A DNA stretch of 63,562 bases, filler included. It is 11 parts of 11 records of this genome, joined end to end, with 100 filler letters (N's around TTAATTAATTAA, not from the genome) between each part and the next. Parts side by side here need not be neighbours in the genome. Positions count along the whole stretch, not along the records: positions 29,622 to 41,256 come from SRR15195285_848; positions 41,357 to 44,773 come from SRR15195285_850; positions 44,874 to 51,800 come from SRR15195285_856; 8 more parts are not named here. One strand, 5' to 3'. The position numbers and the translations under genes were made by a program. The notes under the pieces are model-generated. The model had not been told where the DNA came from. It worked only from the letters and a program-made list of their open reading frames with translations, and made no database searches. Below, piece by piece: positions 34,599 to 47,825 of the stretch. Each line of letters begins with the position of its first letter. Position 1 is the first letter of the stretch.

Positions 34599-37500
34599 CT
34601 ACTCTGGTGTCCAGTGGCCCATCACATTCGGATCGCTGGACTTCATCTCGATGACGAATGCAAACACCCACGGCTCGAGCTTGCGGAGGCGCGAGCCGAC
34701 AGGTAGTTGTGGCTTGTAACCACCAATCACCAATTCGGTTCCCACAGAAACTGGCGTGCTGGATCGCGGTTGAATCTTGAGCCGATTTGCGAAGACTCCA
34801 TTTAGTGACCCGTGGTCCGTCACGGTGAAAGTGTTGCTTTCTGGCAAGTACGTCAGCGTAGCGTGTTTGCGAGAGACCTGGCTCTTAGGGTCAGGCAGTT
34901 GCAATGTGGTTATACTCTCATGTTCTCTTGTGGACGATGTCGCGGCTGGCATCCCCGGCGATTTCGCTACCGACATAGACTCGAACACAAACACAAACGG
35001 CCCAGAATCAGCCTCGCTCAACTGCTTCAGTTGTTTCGTTGTTTTCGGGTCTCCAAGCGACACCGTATTGCCGTCATGCAAGCACCGTGGCAACATCAGT
35101 GCCCGCTGCGCAGCGTTCGTCGGCCCAACTCGCAGCCCGTCGACGAACACGCCGTTGGTCGAGACGTCACGAAGCTTGAATGAGCCTGTCTGTTCGTCGT
35201 AGAAGATGGTGAGATGGTGCCTCGACAGCATACTGTGCTGAATGACCAGCCCAGGCGTGCCTGCAGGCAAGACCTTGCCGATTCGGAACGACCACCCGGG
35301 CGTCATCTTGCAGTCTATAGCTTCGAGTTTTAGTTCATTCGCACCCTTGAGCACACGAAGGCGGAAGGACGATGCGGGAGGTTTCGCGGTAGCGCGACCA
35401 ATTTGTAAGTTCCGATGATTCTCAGTGGTTGGTCCAGGCAGGGCAATGGTGCTGCATGGAAGAGGAGGGCCATTTGTCTGCCTGAGCAAGTACATCGTCG
35501 GCTCTCTTGCCTGCTCCTGTGCGGATATTGCCGCGTTCGCTTCTAGATTAGCTTTAGCCACGGCTGCAGCAGCCTTTTCGCGTGCGGCACTGATAGCCGC
35601 GGCCTTTGACTCCATGGCTGTGTGTGCAGACTGCGATGCTTCCAACGCAGCGTCGGCTGCAGCGACAGAGAACGCAGCATCATGTGAGCCCGGCGGTTTG
35701 AGCATCGCACTTGCGGCTGTTGTCAATGCAATGTTTGGACAAGAATGAGTGTCTTGTAGTGAGCCATCTGCTATGGCAAGAATTGGCCGGCCAACACGCG
35801 GCTCGCCTTCCTCGTGCTTCAGGGAACTGGATTGTTCCCAGCCATCACCAGGATCCGTAGCAGTTGACTCGGCATTTTGTGCAGGTTTATGATTGTCACG
35901 ATCAGCTGAGGCACCAGCGTCGTCTGTGATCACGTCGTCGTCTGCATGGTCTTCATCATCGTCGTCGCTATCCTCTGCCATGCCATCCTCAACAATAAAC
36001 TCGCGATCCTCGTCGTTCATCTCTTGCTCCGCTCCGTCGTCTTGCTCGTTCTCTGTTGCGCTGAATTCACCTTCCCCCTCATCAGACGACCCGAAACCAT
36101 CTCCACCTGCATTCTCTCCATCATCCTCTTCCTCTTCCATAGCCTCAGCAACGTCTGGCGCTATCGCCAGTATGCTGTTCTTCTGCTCAATGTACTCGGT
36201 CCAGCACTCGTGCACTTCCACGTTTTCCTGTGGCTCCCATGTGTCTTCGTCCTCTCCATAGCCTTCCCATCGCACCTTGTACTCTGTTACACCACTGGCA
36301 TTGGTACGCTCGCCCATAATTTTTTCAACCTCGTACTCAGTCTCGCCGGTCCAGTGAAGCTCCTTTTCACAAGTGGATATCTCAGACTCGCTGGAAGAGG
36401 CCACCAGAAACTGTCTGTACAATGTTGTGGCGTCCCGGGAGATTTGAGACCCTTCTTCGTTGTACCTTTCCGCATTAGATTTCAGCAGCTCTACATCACA
36501 CTTCATCTTGTCAAGAGAATAAGTAGGCTCATCAAGTCGATCTCTGATCAGAGAGAGATCAATGTAGTCTACGATCACGTCATCATATCCGGGGGCTTCA
36601 TCTTCAGAGGGATGCTCCATGAAGGCCTCCGATAGTACTCTAGATCCGAGCTTGTAGCTGACGAGGTGATCCCAAATGGCACTCAAGTCATTGACAGAAG
36701 ATTTTCGGCATGTTGTAGCCGAGACAAACAGCTGCGCACCGACTGCACGTCTTGCCATCCCAGTTGCTTCTTCTTCCTCGTCTTCCTCGTCTTCACTCTC
36801 CTGATGATCGTTTTCCTTATCCTCTTCGTCTTGGCTCTGCTCGTCAGCATCATGGTCGTCTCCAGTGGCCTCAGAAGTACTGACTGGCGCTGACTGGTCC
36901 TGAGACGACTGGGACAGGCGATTGAGCACCGTAGTCTCAGCCGTGAACGCAGCTTCGTCATCAACATCATCCTCAACATCCTCCCACATGCCGCAGTCGT
37001 CAAGAACTTCGTCTCCATAATACTCAGCAAAGTCTTCGTCATTGGACGCCGCGGCAGCTTCGGGTACGGGTTCAACACAGTCGTCAGACTGGTACTCATC
37101 GTCTGAAGGTGGTGCAGTCACTTGCTCCTCGCGTATGGCATATGAGCGCGTTGACGTATGGGCTGTCGCAGATGTTCCTTTCGGTGATTTGCAAGAGTTC
37201 ACTGTCAATCTACTGCGTTTTCGGATAGCACCACCGCCAACCCTTGTCTTGGATTGTCGTGACTGTGTGAACGAATCGAGGCAGATCGGCTCCGGGTTCG
37301 GGTTGTCAGTTGCTGGCTGGACTGCACTGTCCTTTTTCTCCATCTCCTTTATAGCAATGCGAAGTTTCTCAATGTGCTCTTCTTTCATCACTCGAAGCCC
37401 TACAACGCGCTCACCATCGTCGCAGCTGATTCGAACAATTTTTGCCTCTTCCCTGCCGCGCGCCTTTGGCAGACACGCCCAAATTCCCAATAAGCTGCCT

Positions 37501-40500
37501 GTGATGACAAAAATTTTCTTTTTTCTCCTTCCGTAGTCACAATCCCCTTCAACATGGCAATTGTGGTGAGAGCACTTTGTGTCATACTCTGTATACTCCC
37601 GAGTCCACTGTCTTTGATACGTATCATAGCTAGAGCTCTTCTCACCGTTGAAATCTGTGCGTGTACTTTTCTGCTTTATGAGACGGTGTTGTACCAGTTT
37701 CCTGAGTGGGGCTGTCAGTTGATCGGTCGACATTTCTAAAATTTTCGCGAGTTCGGTCTTCCAGATGCCTTTGCAGGATTCTGTCTGTGGTGTCTGATAG
37801 TCTCGCACTACTTGCAATACCCGTCGCTCCACAGGGTCCGTCAGCTCGCTCGGGCTCACATACCACTCTTCTGTAGGCCGTACATCGAACTGATGATCCA
37901 CTTTGAATACATTCACAACCTTATTCTTGTCCTGCAAATTGTCCTTGTGCAGGTCTGAGGATGAGATGCCTGCTGCAGGCTTGTGCATGCCGTACCACAT
38001 GCTTCTGCCTGTAACCTCGTTGCCGCCAGCCCGTGCAATCACAAGGCTGCACTGACGGATCGATGACCCCCGTGGATGCCCGAACGGGGGGTTTTTGCTT
38101 CGCAAGAACATCACGTTGCGATTGTCACTCTTCGCTTTTTGGTATCGTTGGAGCGCAGTCTCCCAGCTGATCCCACGGTCCATCAGCACCGTCACCAAGT
38201 TAACTGTGCCCTTCGAGATCGGGTCCGTCCATAGTACCTCTGTTGATGCTACGCTCATACTCTCGCCTGTAACATCTGTAATTCCTTCACTGTATTGATT
38301 GTTTTGCTTTGCAACGACGATCACACGGTCCAGCGTGTCGAGCAAGTGCCGAAAGATGTTCTTCTGAAGCTCCAGTTGCACGCCAAACAGGCGGTTCAGG
38401 AATGTGTTGATCTTCATCTTGGATTTCGCGCCAATCACGCCAGCGGCTGTCAGTTCAACTATGGCCTCCGTCGCGAACTCTTCTTGTGAGTATTCGTCGG
38501 TGATGAATTCAGACGCAATAGGAAAACGTGAGGGACGGTCACTTGCCCAAGCCTGGATGTTCGCTAGCATGTGATTGAGAGCATCATGGCCCCATTTTGT
38601 GTCGAGCACAAAGTCTGACATATCTTGGGCACCGCCCGCGCGGCGGTCACCTTGTGTGAGCGCACCGAGTTGCTCAAGGCGAGAGGCAACAGCACTGGCA
38701 AATCGCCACTCCCCGCCGATGGTGGTAATCAAGAGCTTGAAGATAGGAGACGACTTCTGGTTTGAGCGATGGGAGCGACCAAGTTGTTGCACGGCTTTAT
38801 CCGCGCTCCAAGGCAACTCGAGCGTGATATGCAGCCGCCGCTTCTGGTTTTTTACGCGGCGGTCCGCGTGAAGGGAAATTCCAGTAGACGCCGCATCCGA
38901 GATAATAGCAACAAGCTTTCTTCCACTTTGAAAATTCTTGCGCTCGGTGATGTTGATGGAGTCATCGATCTCTCCGCCCCTGCTTTTGGCTTTGAAACGC
39001 TTCTCGTGCACCAACATGGTTTGCCCATTGCTGCCGCGCCCGGCCCTTGGTCGGCGCACTGTCCGTGTGCTGCGACCAGTCATCTCGGCGACCTTTTCCG
39101 GCCCGCCCAGCATATCAATGATCGCATCGAGGGGATTTGGGGGCCACTCGAGGGTGTCGATCTCAGCGAGTATTTCCTTCTGTACCTTGCGCAGATGCGG
39201 AATCGCCGGCGCGCCGCATTCAAACTCGTTTCCGATCTTGTAGATGTCCTTCATCACATGCTGGATGAAGAGCTTCGAAGTCGACAAAAAGTCGCATCCA
39301 TCGAATCCATGTTCTGCGATATGTGCATCTGTTCTGGCTTCGCCGGTGGACTGTAGACCTATCACACAACACTGATCATTTGCGAGCGCTTCCTTGGCGA
39401 GACGAACGACCGCTGGCACTTTCGCGCCCAAGCACAATTGGTTGAAAAATCTCTGATGCGTTCCCCAGAACGTTCCCATTACCATCTGGAGGCTCTTCTG
39501 CTCTGTGGGAGTGAGAGAGACGCGTATGGATATCTGGTCCTTCATGATCTCAAACTCCTTCTTCATCCGAGCCCACAATCTGGCACAGTGGTTGTAAAAC
39601 GCTCGATATTCAGGTGAGAGGTCTTCGTTGACGACGCTGAATTCGGCGCCGCGGTAGCTAAGAGTACGAGCGATGAACATGCCGCGACCCTTCATGTCCA
39701 TGGCCACCATTTCCATTCCGCCAGTGCCGCGGCTGTTGATCTGCCTGATAAAGTCTGCGGCGTCATTGAAAGACGTTCCAGTCCCCCACAGGCCGAGGCG
39801 ATCCATGTACGACATATGAGAGAGCTCCGATGCGCCGGTGGCCGAAACGTAGACGACACGCGCACGCGGGAGCCGCCGCTGCACCTCTGCGACATGGCGT
39901 GCAGTCCGCGACGACTTCTCTTCCTTGCCTACCACTAGGTTTTTTGCCTAACGACAAGGACGCGCAAAACATCAGCAAGGGCTCAGAGCAGATCGGTGAA
40001 GACAAAAAAGGGGAGCAACGAGGCACATAGACACCTTATGGCACTCGTCGAAGACAAGGCATCCGTCGAAGTTCTTCCCACACCACTCGGCAAGCTGGTC
40101 GATTCGTTTCATGCGCGAGCCGGAGATGAGACATGAGTACGTGGAAAACAACACGCCGCTGTCTGTGCCATTCTTTTTGTTCAGCAGCGGCTTCAACTCC
40201 GTGTACGGCATGTCCGGGAGATTGATGATCGGTACTTTGCTAGCGCCGATGTCGGCGAAGTCGCGCGATGCATCGGCCGCAAGGTCGGCGCTCGCGCTGA
40301 ACCATACGCTCTTCTTGCCTGTGCGCGTGTACACGCAATCAAGGGCGATGAGAAATTGGTGGCCGACACACGCAGCGCGGCGGCAGGACGACTCACGGCC
40401 GCGACGGAAGTTCTCGTAAATGATGCCAGAGATCTGGCGGCCTTTGCCGATGCCTGCGCCATCGCCGAGCAGGAAGCCCGCGCGCTCGTTGCGGCCGTTC

Positions 40501-41054
40501 GGCAGCGTGATGTGGTGGCGCATCGACGCGTACACGATTGACTCCAGCTGCAGGCCGGAAATGAGGCCCTTCTCAATCAGCTCCCGCGGCAGCCCAAGAC
40601 GGTAGGCCGGGTCAGGCGGCGGTACCGCGCTCATCGAGGAGGTTTCGACGGTCTGATCAGGATGCCGGCGCCCAAGTTTGACCTTCGAGGGCTCGTAGTC
40701 GGCAAATGTATCGTACTCCTCGCCCTGCCCGACTCCCTCATCCTCCTGTGCTGCGGCGAGCTCTTCCTCTTTCTGCCGCGCCTGCTTCTCCGCATCCGCC
40801 TGCCGCTGCTTCTGTGCTGCCGTCTGGACCGCCTGCGCGGCGGCCGCCGCCTCGAGCTGCGCAAGCCCCCATTTGGAGACAGACTGCGGCAGGTGTGACA
40901 TGACACCTTCTCCCGCGCCGAGCAACCGCCGGTACAGCTGCGCTCTTCCCGCGTTTGGCGCTGGGCCTGAGGCAAGGGCGAAAGCGAGATGCTCCTGCTC
41001 CTGGCTTCCGGCTCCGACGCGTCGACGCTCTGCCCGGTCGCTCCACCCAGACAC
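34599..41054 (-). CDS. SBNO: Strawberry notch (SBNO)-family SF2 helicase-like protein with C-terminal winged-helix, bromodomain, chromodomain and two FHA domains
   Basis: HPDQTVETSSMSAVPPP, LQLESIVYA, GFLLGDGAGIGKGR, FSTYSCL, FDECHK|AKNL, YVSATGA, VIGLQSTGEA, GGPEKVAEMTGR and ISDAASTGISLHADRRVKNQKRRLHITLELPWSADKAVQQLGRSHRSNQ. There are at least two introns near the 5' end. The start is uncertain (ATG at 40901 or further upstream). Confidence 0.93.
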
Positions 41055-41356
41055 TAGGTCTAAGTCCTCACGTAGCTGGACGAGCCCGCTGGTGGGCAGC
41101 GCGCTGGCCGGCGTGGCTGAGCGCGGTGCACCGTTGGACCCTGTTGTTCCTTCCTGGCAGTTCCTCCTCCTCTAGAGACTGAGCGCTAAGTCCCCTGCAA
41201 TACCCGTGCTGGCCAGCTGCTACTGACCTCCTCCTCCTGCTGCTGCTCCTGCTGCTNNNNNNNNNNNNNNNNNNNNNNNNNNNNNNNNNNNNNNNNNNNN
41301 TTAATTAATTAANNNNNNNNNNNNNNNNNNNNNNNNNNNNNNNNNNNNNNNNNNNN

Positions 41357-44300
41357 GTGGAATCTGCCTCCAATGCCAAGCAGGCAAAGAACCGGCACCT
41401 GACAAGGCTTCGTGCATCGCGTGTCCGGCAGGAAAGGCCAGTGGGGTTGATGAGCAAGGGGATTTTGAGTGTATGGTATGTCCAGGCAAGCAACAGCCCA
41501 AGCAAGACAGGTCTACTTGTGTGTGTCGACCTGGTACGTACGATGTCGATGCAATTGGACTGACCAAGTGCCATAGTGGTGCTCGATCAGCATGGGTCGC
41601 TGCTCCAGACGAGCTTAGCTACCTTGAAAATGATGAGCAAAGATGTGTGGATTGCCCAGTTTGCATGGAGTGTGGTCGTGACACGCCAACTCTGCTACAA
41701 GGATGGACGTTTCACGGTAGATCGGGACACGCGTACATGTGCCCGCTCTCCGTAAGCTGTCCGGAGACCACACTCAATGCCAGTACTCACACGGCGCAAG
41801 CAAATTGTGGTGCCGGTTACGATGGTCCTGTTTGTGGAAATTGCGCGGAAGGTTACAACCACCTTAAGGTGGGGAAGCCATGCGACAGTTGCGACGAGGG
41901 TGTGGTCAATGTCCCTCTCGCTTTGACATTCTTATTGTCGGCAACTAGTCTTGGTATACTCGTTGTTAGCGGGGCTGCACAACTGCTGAAGGATGCCGGA
42001 CTAGTCACAGACTTGCGAATTATGGTACGTTCCTTGGTAGCGTCGACTTCTCGCGTCTGTCTCATCTTAATTCCAGTGCTGTCCGCTTTGACTCGTCCTA
42101 TATGTTGCACGATGATACCTAATAGAGGCACGATGCACCTCATTTGCACCTACCCGGTATCAGTCTATTGCTGCACCATTTGCTTTGCCTCGGCGACAAC
42201 ACCTGGAATTTACAATACTGCACACTTGGCATACTGCACACTGACACTCGACTACCTGCTTGAACGAGCAGGTAGGGTTTATGCAAATCCTGTCGCACGC
42301 AAACAACGTCCTGGACATCACGTTCCCAGAGCCACTTCCACAAGTAATGGACTTGTTTCGTCTGCTGTTGGGCGACCTTCGCGACATGATTCGCATGGAC
42401 TGTTGTAAGCTCCATCATGTCCCAACCAATCACTCTCAAGCTGCCTCAGATCATGTAACAAGTTCTCTCGTCCATGCGTGAATGACAGGGAATTTGGGGG
42501 GGTTCCACGGCACTTTCATGACGAATGTTCTTGTACTGCCTACGGTCATATTGAGCATATGCATCTTCATATACATAAGTCAGGTACGCACAATCAAGCA
42601 AGTTATCAGAGCGGGTGGCTCAGATGAATCGGCCCTCGAAACTGCAAAGGTGCAACTGCGCAAGAACGTCTTCTTCGGTGCTTTCTTGATATATCCAACT
42701 ATTACCACAACGCTTTTCAGGGTACCGCAGTGTCGTCGTCTTGGTGACCATCTATACCACGAAGATGACTACAGCGTCCGCTGCGACGCGGCTTCCTTCT
42801 ACTCCGTCGAACTACTCACGGTGATTCTAGTCATTGTTGTCCCTGTGGGTGTTCCAGCTGGTTTTTTGTTTTTAATGTACCGACAAAAACAGGTTCTCGG
42901 TATGGTCAACGAGACAGCATTGGGTGGCGCCAAGCTAGCCGCAGTCTCTACGCCTGACGATGATGATCGCTACGGCTTCTTAGTTCGCGATTTCAGACCG
43001 GAATTCTGGTTCTACGAGATCGTCACGTACCTTCGCAAGCTATTGCTGGGCGGATTCACTGTATTAATGGGCCGCGGCACAATGGCGCAGACGTATTTTG
43101 TCACTTCGGTGCAGGCAGCCTTCTTGATCTACCACATGCATAGGTGCGTGCAATCACACTTACCAGTTGCAGGTCACACTCTTTCTTTTGCCAATATGGC
43201 CACTTTGCAGCAACGATTGACGTGTCCATTTTAAAACTGTTGCACAGCTTCCCATATATTGAAGAGAAGCACAACGTCATGGATGCAGTCGGACAGACGG
43301 CACTGCTTCTCACGTACTCCGTATCGCTAATCTTACGCAACAAGGATGAAACAGACTGGGCCAACGAATGGTTTCCAAAAGCAGGCTACGGTTGGTTTCT
43401 GGCCTTTCTCTTCACTGTGGTGCTGCCTGCACCGATCTTCATCTATCTATACATCAACAAGAAACTGGAGAAGACAGCAGTGGACGACTTTCTGGACGGC
43501 CTTGGCGATAACATAGCAACAAACCTTGAAGATCTAACCTCAGAATCCTTTGACAACCCAATATTAGAAGCAGAAGAAGGAGTATATGATCGTGACATAC
43601 CTAGCGAAAGAATCTCAACAAGGAAAAAGCCCAAGCGCGAAAGTCTGAAATCGTCCCGGTCTGGCCCCACCAGAACTGCCATCAGAGTACCACTGGCCAA
43701 GGCGCATCGAGAGATCGAGGAATTGCGGAGTGAAAATCAGCAGCTGCTGATGGAAAAACAAGAGCTGACTGCTGCTCTGGAAGGGGCACGAACAAGTGTA
43801 GAGGACACAACGCCTGTATTGAATGTCGCTGATCGCTCAGTGACGTCAGTGCATGGTGGCAAGCCGGTTGCGATTGGCCTACAGCAGGGCGACTTGGAGC
43901 GTGTGACAGAGTTGAAAGCTTTGGCAGACGATGGCATGCTAGGCAAGGAGACTTTGAACGCGGCAAAGCAGCACCTAGAGATGCACGTAGTTGCAGACTT
44001 GCAAGTGAGAAAGAAGTGGTTGAAGAGCTGCGAGTACGGTACCTACGAACACTTGCGCCAGGAAGCCCGAATGAATGCAGATGCAGGAGACGCTTCCATC
44101 GCTGACGCACGCGAGTCCTTGCGAACCTGGCTCACACCGCTTCGCCTTATCCACCACGAGCTCAAGTTCGTCGAGGTGGGTGGGCGTGCTATGTGCGCGG
44201 AGGACCTTAAAATGTGTGGTCACGAGGACATCGACGCTTTGTGTGCAGATATGACCTCGTTTGAGAAAACGCGCTTCATGGAGGCAATCAAGCAGCTCCA

Positions 44301-44505
44301 ATCGAGCGACCAACCGGCTGAAGAAAATCGACCGGACCAGGCACTATCAGACGGGAACCAAGATACCATTGAGTCGGAAGACATTGCCCAAAACACTGGC
44401 GATAGTTTGCATGTCCGAGGCGCAGTCTCTGACCGAGCCAACTCCCCGGCATATGCCCTAGGGCAGATGGCGACTGCGTCGAATGGGCGACACGAAAGCG
44501 ATTGA
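41357..44505 (+). CDS. Multi-pass membrane protein with Cys-rich GCC2/GCC3-like ectodomain, cytoplasmic coiled coil and SAM-like domain, 5'-partial
   Basis: CxxCxAGK repeats and GYDGPVCGNCAEGY. Membrane region LRIM|VGFMQIL, FLIYPTITTTLF, DYSVRC, YGFLVRDFRPEFWFYEIVTYLRKLLL. C-terminal LRTWLTPLRL..DLKM..EDID..MTSFEKTRFMEAIKQL. Confidence 0.8.
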
Positions 44506-45346
44506 GCGACGAAGAGGAAGAGAGAGGACGGGTTTGAATGTAGGTGTGTTCTGCCCTAAGGACACCGGGGCTAGGGCAAATCAGTGTAGTAGGGTAGAAT
44601 GAATGCAGTCAGTTGTACATTTGTGGTGGTGGTTCGTCCTCGATGGGCTGGAAAGGTGAGCTAAGCCCTGAGGATAGAGAAGGGTATCGGTCATTTAGTA
44701 TGCAAGAATGACACAGGCACCGTACAGCGGGCCGACACTAGATTACTGCGACTTTCGGTTGCTGTGGCCGGAANNNNNNNNNNNNNNNNNNNNNNNNNNN
44801 NNNNNNNNNNNNNNNNNTTAATTAATTAANNNNNNNNNNNNNNNNNNNNNNNNNNNNNNNNNNNNNNNNNNNNCCCTGTTTTTTGCACACTTTTTTGCGC
44901 GCGGTTGAATTTAATTTCATGCGCGGCGCGGACCTGTATTTCAGACGGTCTCACAATACTTATAGTACGAGCTGTACTTACAACGCGTCCCCGCCAAATT
45001 GCTCGCGAATTGCGTATGCTCGGGCCTTGCTTCGATGCTTCCTTCGTCGATTCGCCCTTCGTGTGCCGCATTGCGTGCGCCGGCCGCCGGCGATGCTCAT
45101 GTTCACCCGACGGCTCGCTTCCACAGCGCAGCACCTTGGGTGTGGGCCCACGCGCGCCGCCTTCGTTGCTGCCTCTGCAGGTGTGGCCAGCCAGCAGCAT
45201 GGATGGTGATGGCGGGATCCCTGCCATGCACGCAAGCAAGGCATCTGTGTATGTGTGCACATGCCCAGATTGGCTCATTTGCATCCATTTCTTGCCGATA
45301 CCCAGGGGATGGCGATGGAGGCAGCGGCGGCAACCCTCGGGACGAG

Positions 45347-46139
45347 ATGGTGCTCACACAGCGTGGTGGTATCGACTACTTGAACCCCGTGGGATCAACG
45401 GCACAGCAGAGCGCTACTCCGTTCTCCCGCGTCACACGCGCTGGTGGTATGGTGTATGGTAGGAACAGCCCCCGGACAGGGCATTTTGTGGCCCGCAGCA
45501 GCAGCACCGCATAGTCTACTCACTCCCCATCCGATGCCACGGTGTGCATGCTTCAGTCTCCGGAACTGGAACTGGCAGCGACGCGGACGGCAAGCCTCGC
45601 ACTGGTACGGCTACCGAGGAGACCCGCTGGGCGCTTGAAAACCTCAAGCAGATCTTGGAAGAAGCAGGCAGCAGTCTTGAGCGAGTCGTTCAGGTGTTCT
45701 GCCTCGTACAAGACAAGAAGTAGGATGCTGGTGCCGCTCCTTGCCCGCAGCAGTCCTCGAGCTGTACCAGCTCGTCACAGTTTGCTAAGTGGACATTTGG
45801 CGTGTGACTTGCGATCGCACCACTTGCTCAGAGACTATGCTGAGATCAATGCGGAATATATCAAGCACTGGAGCCTTCTGCCGGCGCGGTCTACCACGCA
45901 CGGTATCCCAATTCAAACCTTAGGCCTGTTCGTTAGTCATTTCTGGGCACCGCAACGAGATGGAGTTGCTCCCATGCGTGCGATTTGGGCGCATCCAGCA
46001 AACATTGTTCAAGTCGTATATGCCCTTCGTAAATCTATCGATGTTTTGCAACTGGTCTGGTGCCGCAGGGTTCGCTGGTGGCAGTGGCAAAGTGGGGTTC
46101 GGGTGCATTGCGCTGGTAAATGAGCAACGAACTCTCTAG
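45347..46139 (+). CDS. RidA/YjgF/YER057c family protein, 4 exons
   Basis: Spliced translation PFSRVTRAGGMVYVSGTG...ETRWALENLKQILEEAGSSLERVVQVFCLVQDKKDYAEINAEYIKHWSLLPARSTTHGFAGGSGKVGFGCIALV. Confidence 0.85.
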
Positions 46140-46579
46140 TGCGACAGTCAAGCAGCTACCCGAAGGCATAAAAAGTTGATGACGATGAAGTTCCTAGTTT
46201 TCCAGGAATCCTTTTTCAGAATCCAGACTCGTCCCCTGCAACTACACGTTGGTATCGCCGCACCACGGGCACCATGAATTGCAACACGACCACTCCAACC
46301 ATAAGCAGTGCAGCGTTGCCACTACCGTGTCCAGGTCGCTTGGCAGATTATTCCCAGGATTCACTCCTGGGACTCCTTTGCGTGTGATCTGTGGATAGGA
46401 CCTCCACGGATCGCCGCTAAGCAGTGTCTAGTCTACCGCGTGTGAGTTTGATGTTTGAAAACTCACAAAAACGGCTAGCTGTGCTCCTTGCTCAGTAAAT
46501 ACTAGGAAGCAACACCGCGACATGGCAGCTGGTTGTTCCATACGAGTTCCATACGACCATTCTCATGTCGCGTTGCCCG

Positions 46580-47825
46580 CTAGAGCTTCGCTACTTCTGG
46601 CGACGGCACTATGTCTATCCATCGATGCGCGCCGCTGTAACCTGCCCCTGTAATGTACTGTACACAATCCGCAGTACCAATCGACATGCTGTGTGGTTGC
46701 TGCACGTGGCCACTTAGGACCGCGACGACGCGAGGTGAGCTACACACTGCGTCGATGAAACCTCTGGTAGATGCATCTATAGGAATCTCGTCCGATGCAG
46801 TGCTTGCACCCTTAGAGCCACGCTGCAGGAGCCAAGCAAAGGTCAGTGGGCACCACCGTTTTAAAAATTCAAAAAATAGCAAACGTGCAACTGAATGCAC
46901 TCACTTGCGATGCGTTGGGATCGCCGCACAGGGCCCAATCCACATCCACGGAATCCCAATCAATGTTTGGTGACACACCAGCCTGGTCAAGCACCGCGCG
47001 TAGCTCTGGAGTATACAGTGGGATGTGCAACACAACCACAACCGGCTGCGTCGCAGCCGCAGCCACGGCGAGCTGCGCCTGTGTAAACTCAAGTTGCTCG
47101 CGTGTGATTGTTTGCGTCGAGTTGTCAATGCCGACGAACAACACGCCCCCAACTTGTTCACTCCATGCCTTGGGGTCGTACTGCTCAGTCGAAAGCACAC
47201 TAGACGCGGAGGCACGAGAAAACAGTGTTGCGCATTCGCCAGAGTCCTCCCAGCAGTACTGCAATCGCAAGTCATTCACAGGCTTCGTCCCAATCATGTC
47301 TTGCCAGCACCAGTCATGGTTGCCCGACGTGTACAAGTACGGAATGCCAGATTTCTCTAGGGCGTCCCAGACGTAGTAGATCCCACGGAAGGAGGGGAAG
47401 TTAACCAGGTTGCCTGTGTGTACCAGCAAATCGGCTGAACCGGCCTTGGCCATGTGCAGCTGCTCTTCGAACACGTTGTACGGCCGAATCTGCCCACTGC
47501 CAGGCCCGGAGTCCACCTCATGATAACTCCCCGCGACTGGCTGCCCGTCGGCGTTGCGCTCGGCGACCTCTGCAGCATCCTGCAGCCGCCAGAACGACCT
47601 CCCGCGGTCCGGTGTGCTGCCCCCCGCGGAAATCGCTGGATCGGGCACGTACTCGTACCGGTTGTGCATGTTCTGCCCGAAGTTCATGGCGGAACCCTCG
47701 TAACCCAGGTCGGTGCCACGGTCGATGTGACTGTCCGTCAGATGGAGGAGGCGAAGGGGCGTGGCCAGGCCCCGTACGCCGATCCGCGCATGACCATGCT
47801 CATCTTCGGCATGGTGCGCAGCCAT
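46580..47825 (-). CDS. Calcineurin-like metallophosphoesterase (Icc/CpdA-like) with C-terminal PTS1 -AKL, 2 exons
   Basis: HLTDSH, HTGNLV, SGNHD, HIP and LSGHVQ motifs. Intron at about 46823-46904. Ends EVAKL*. Confidence 0.85.
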
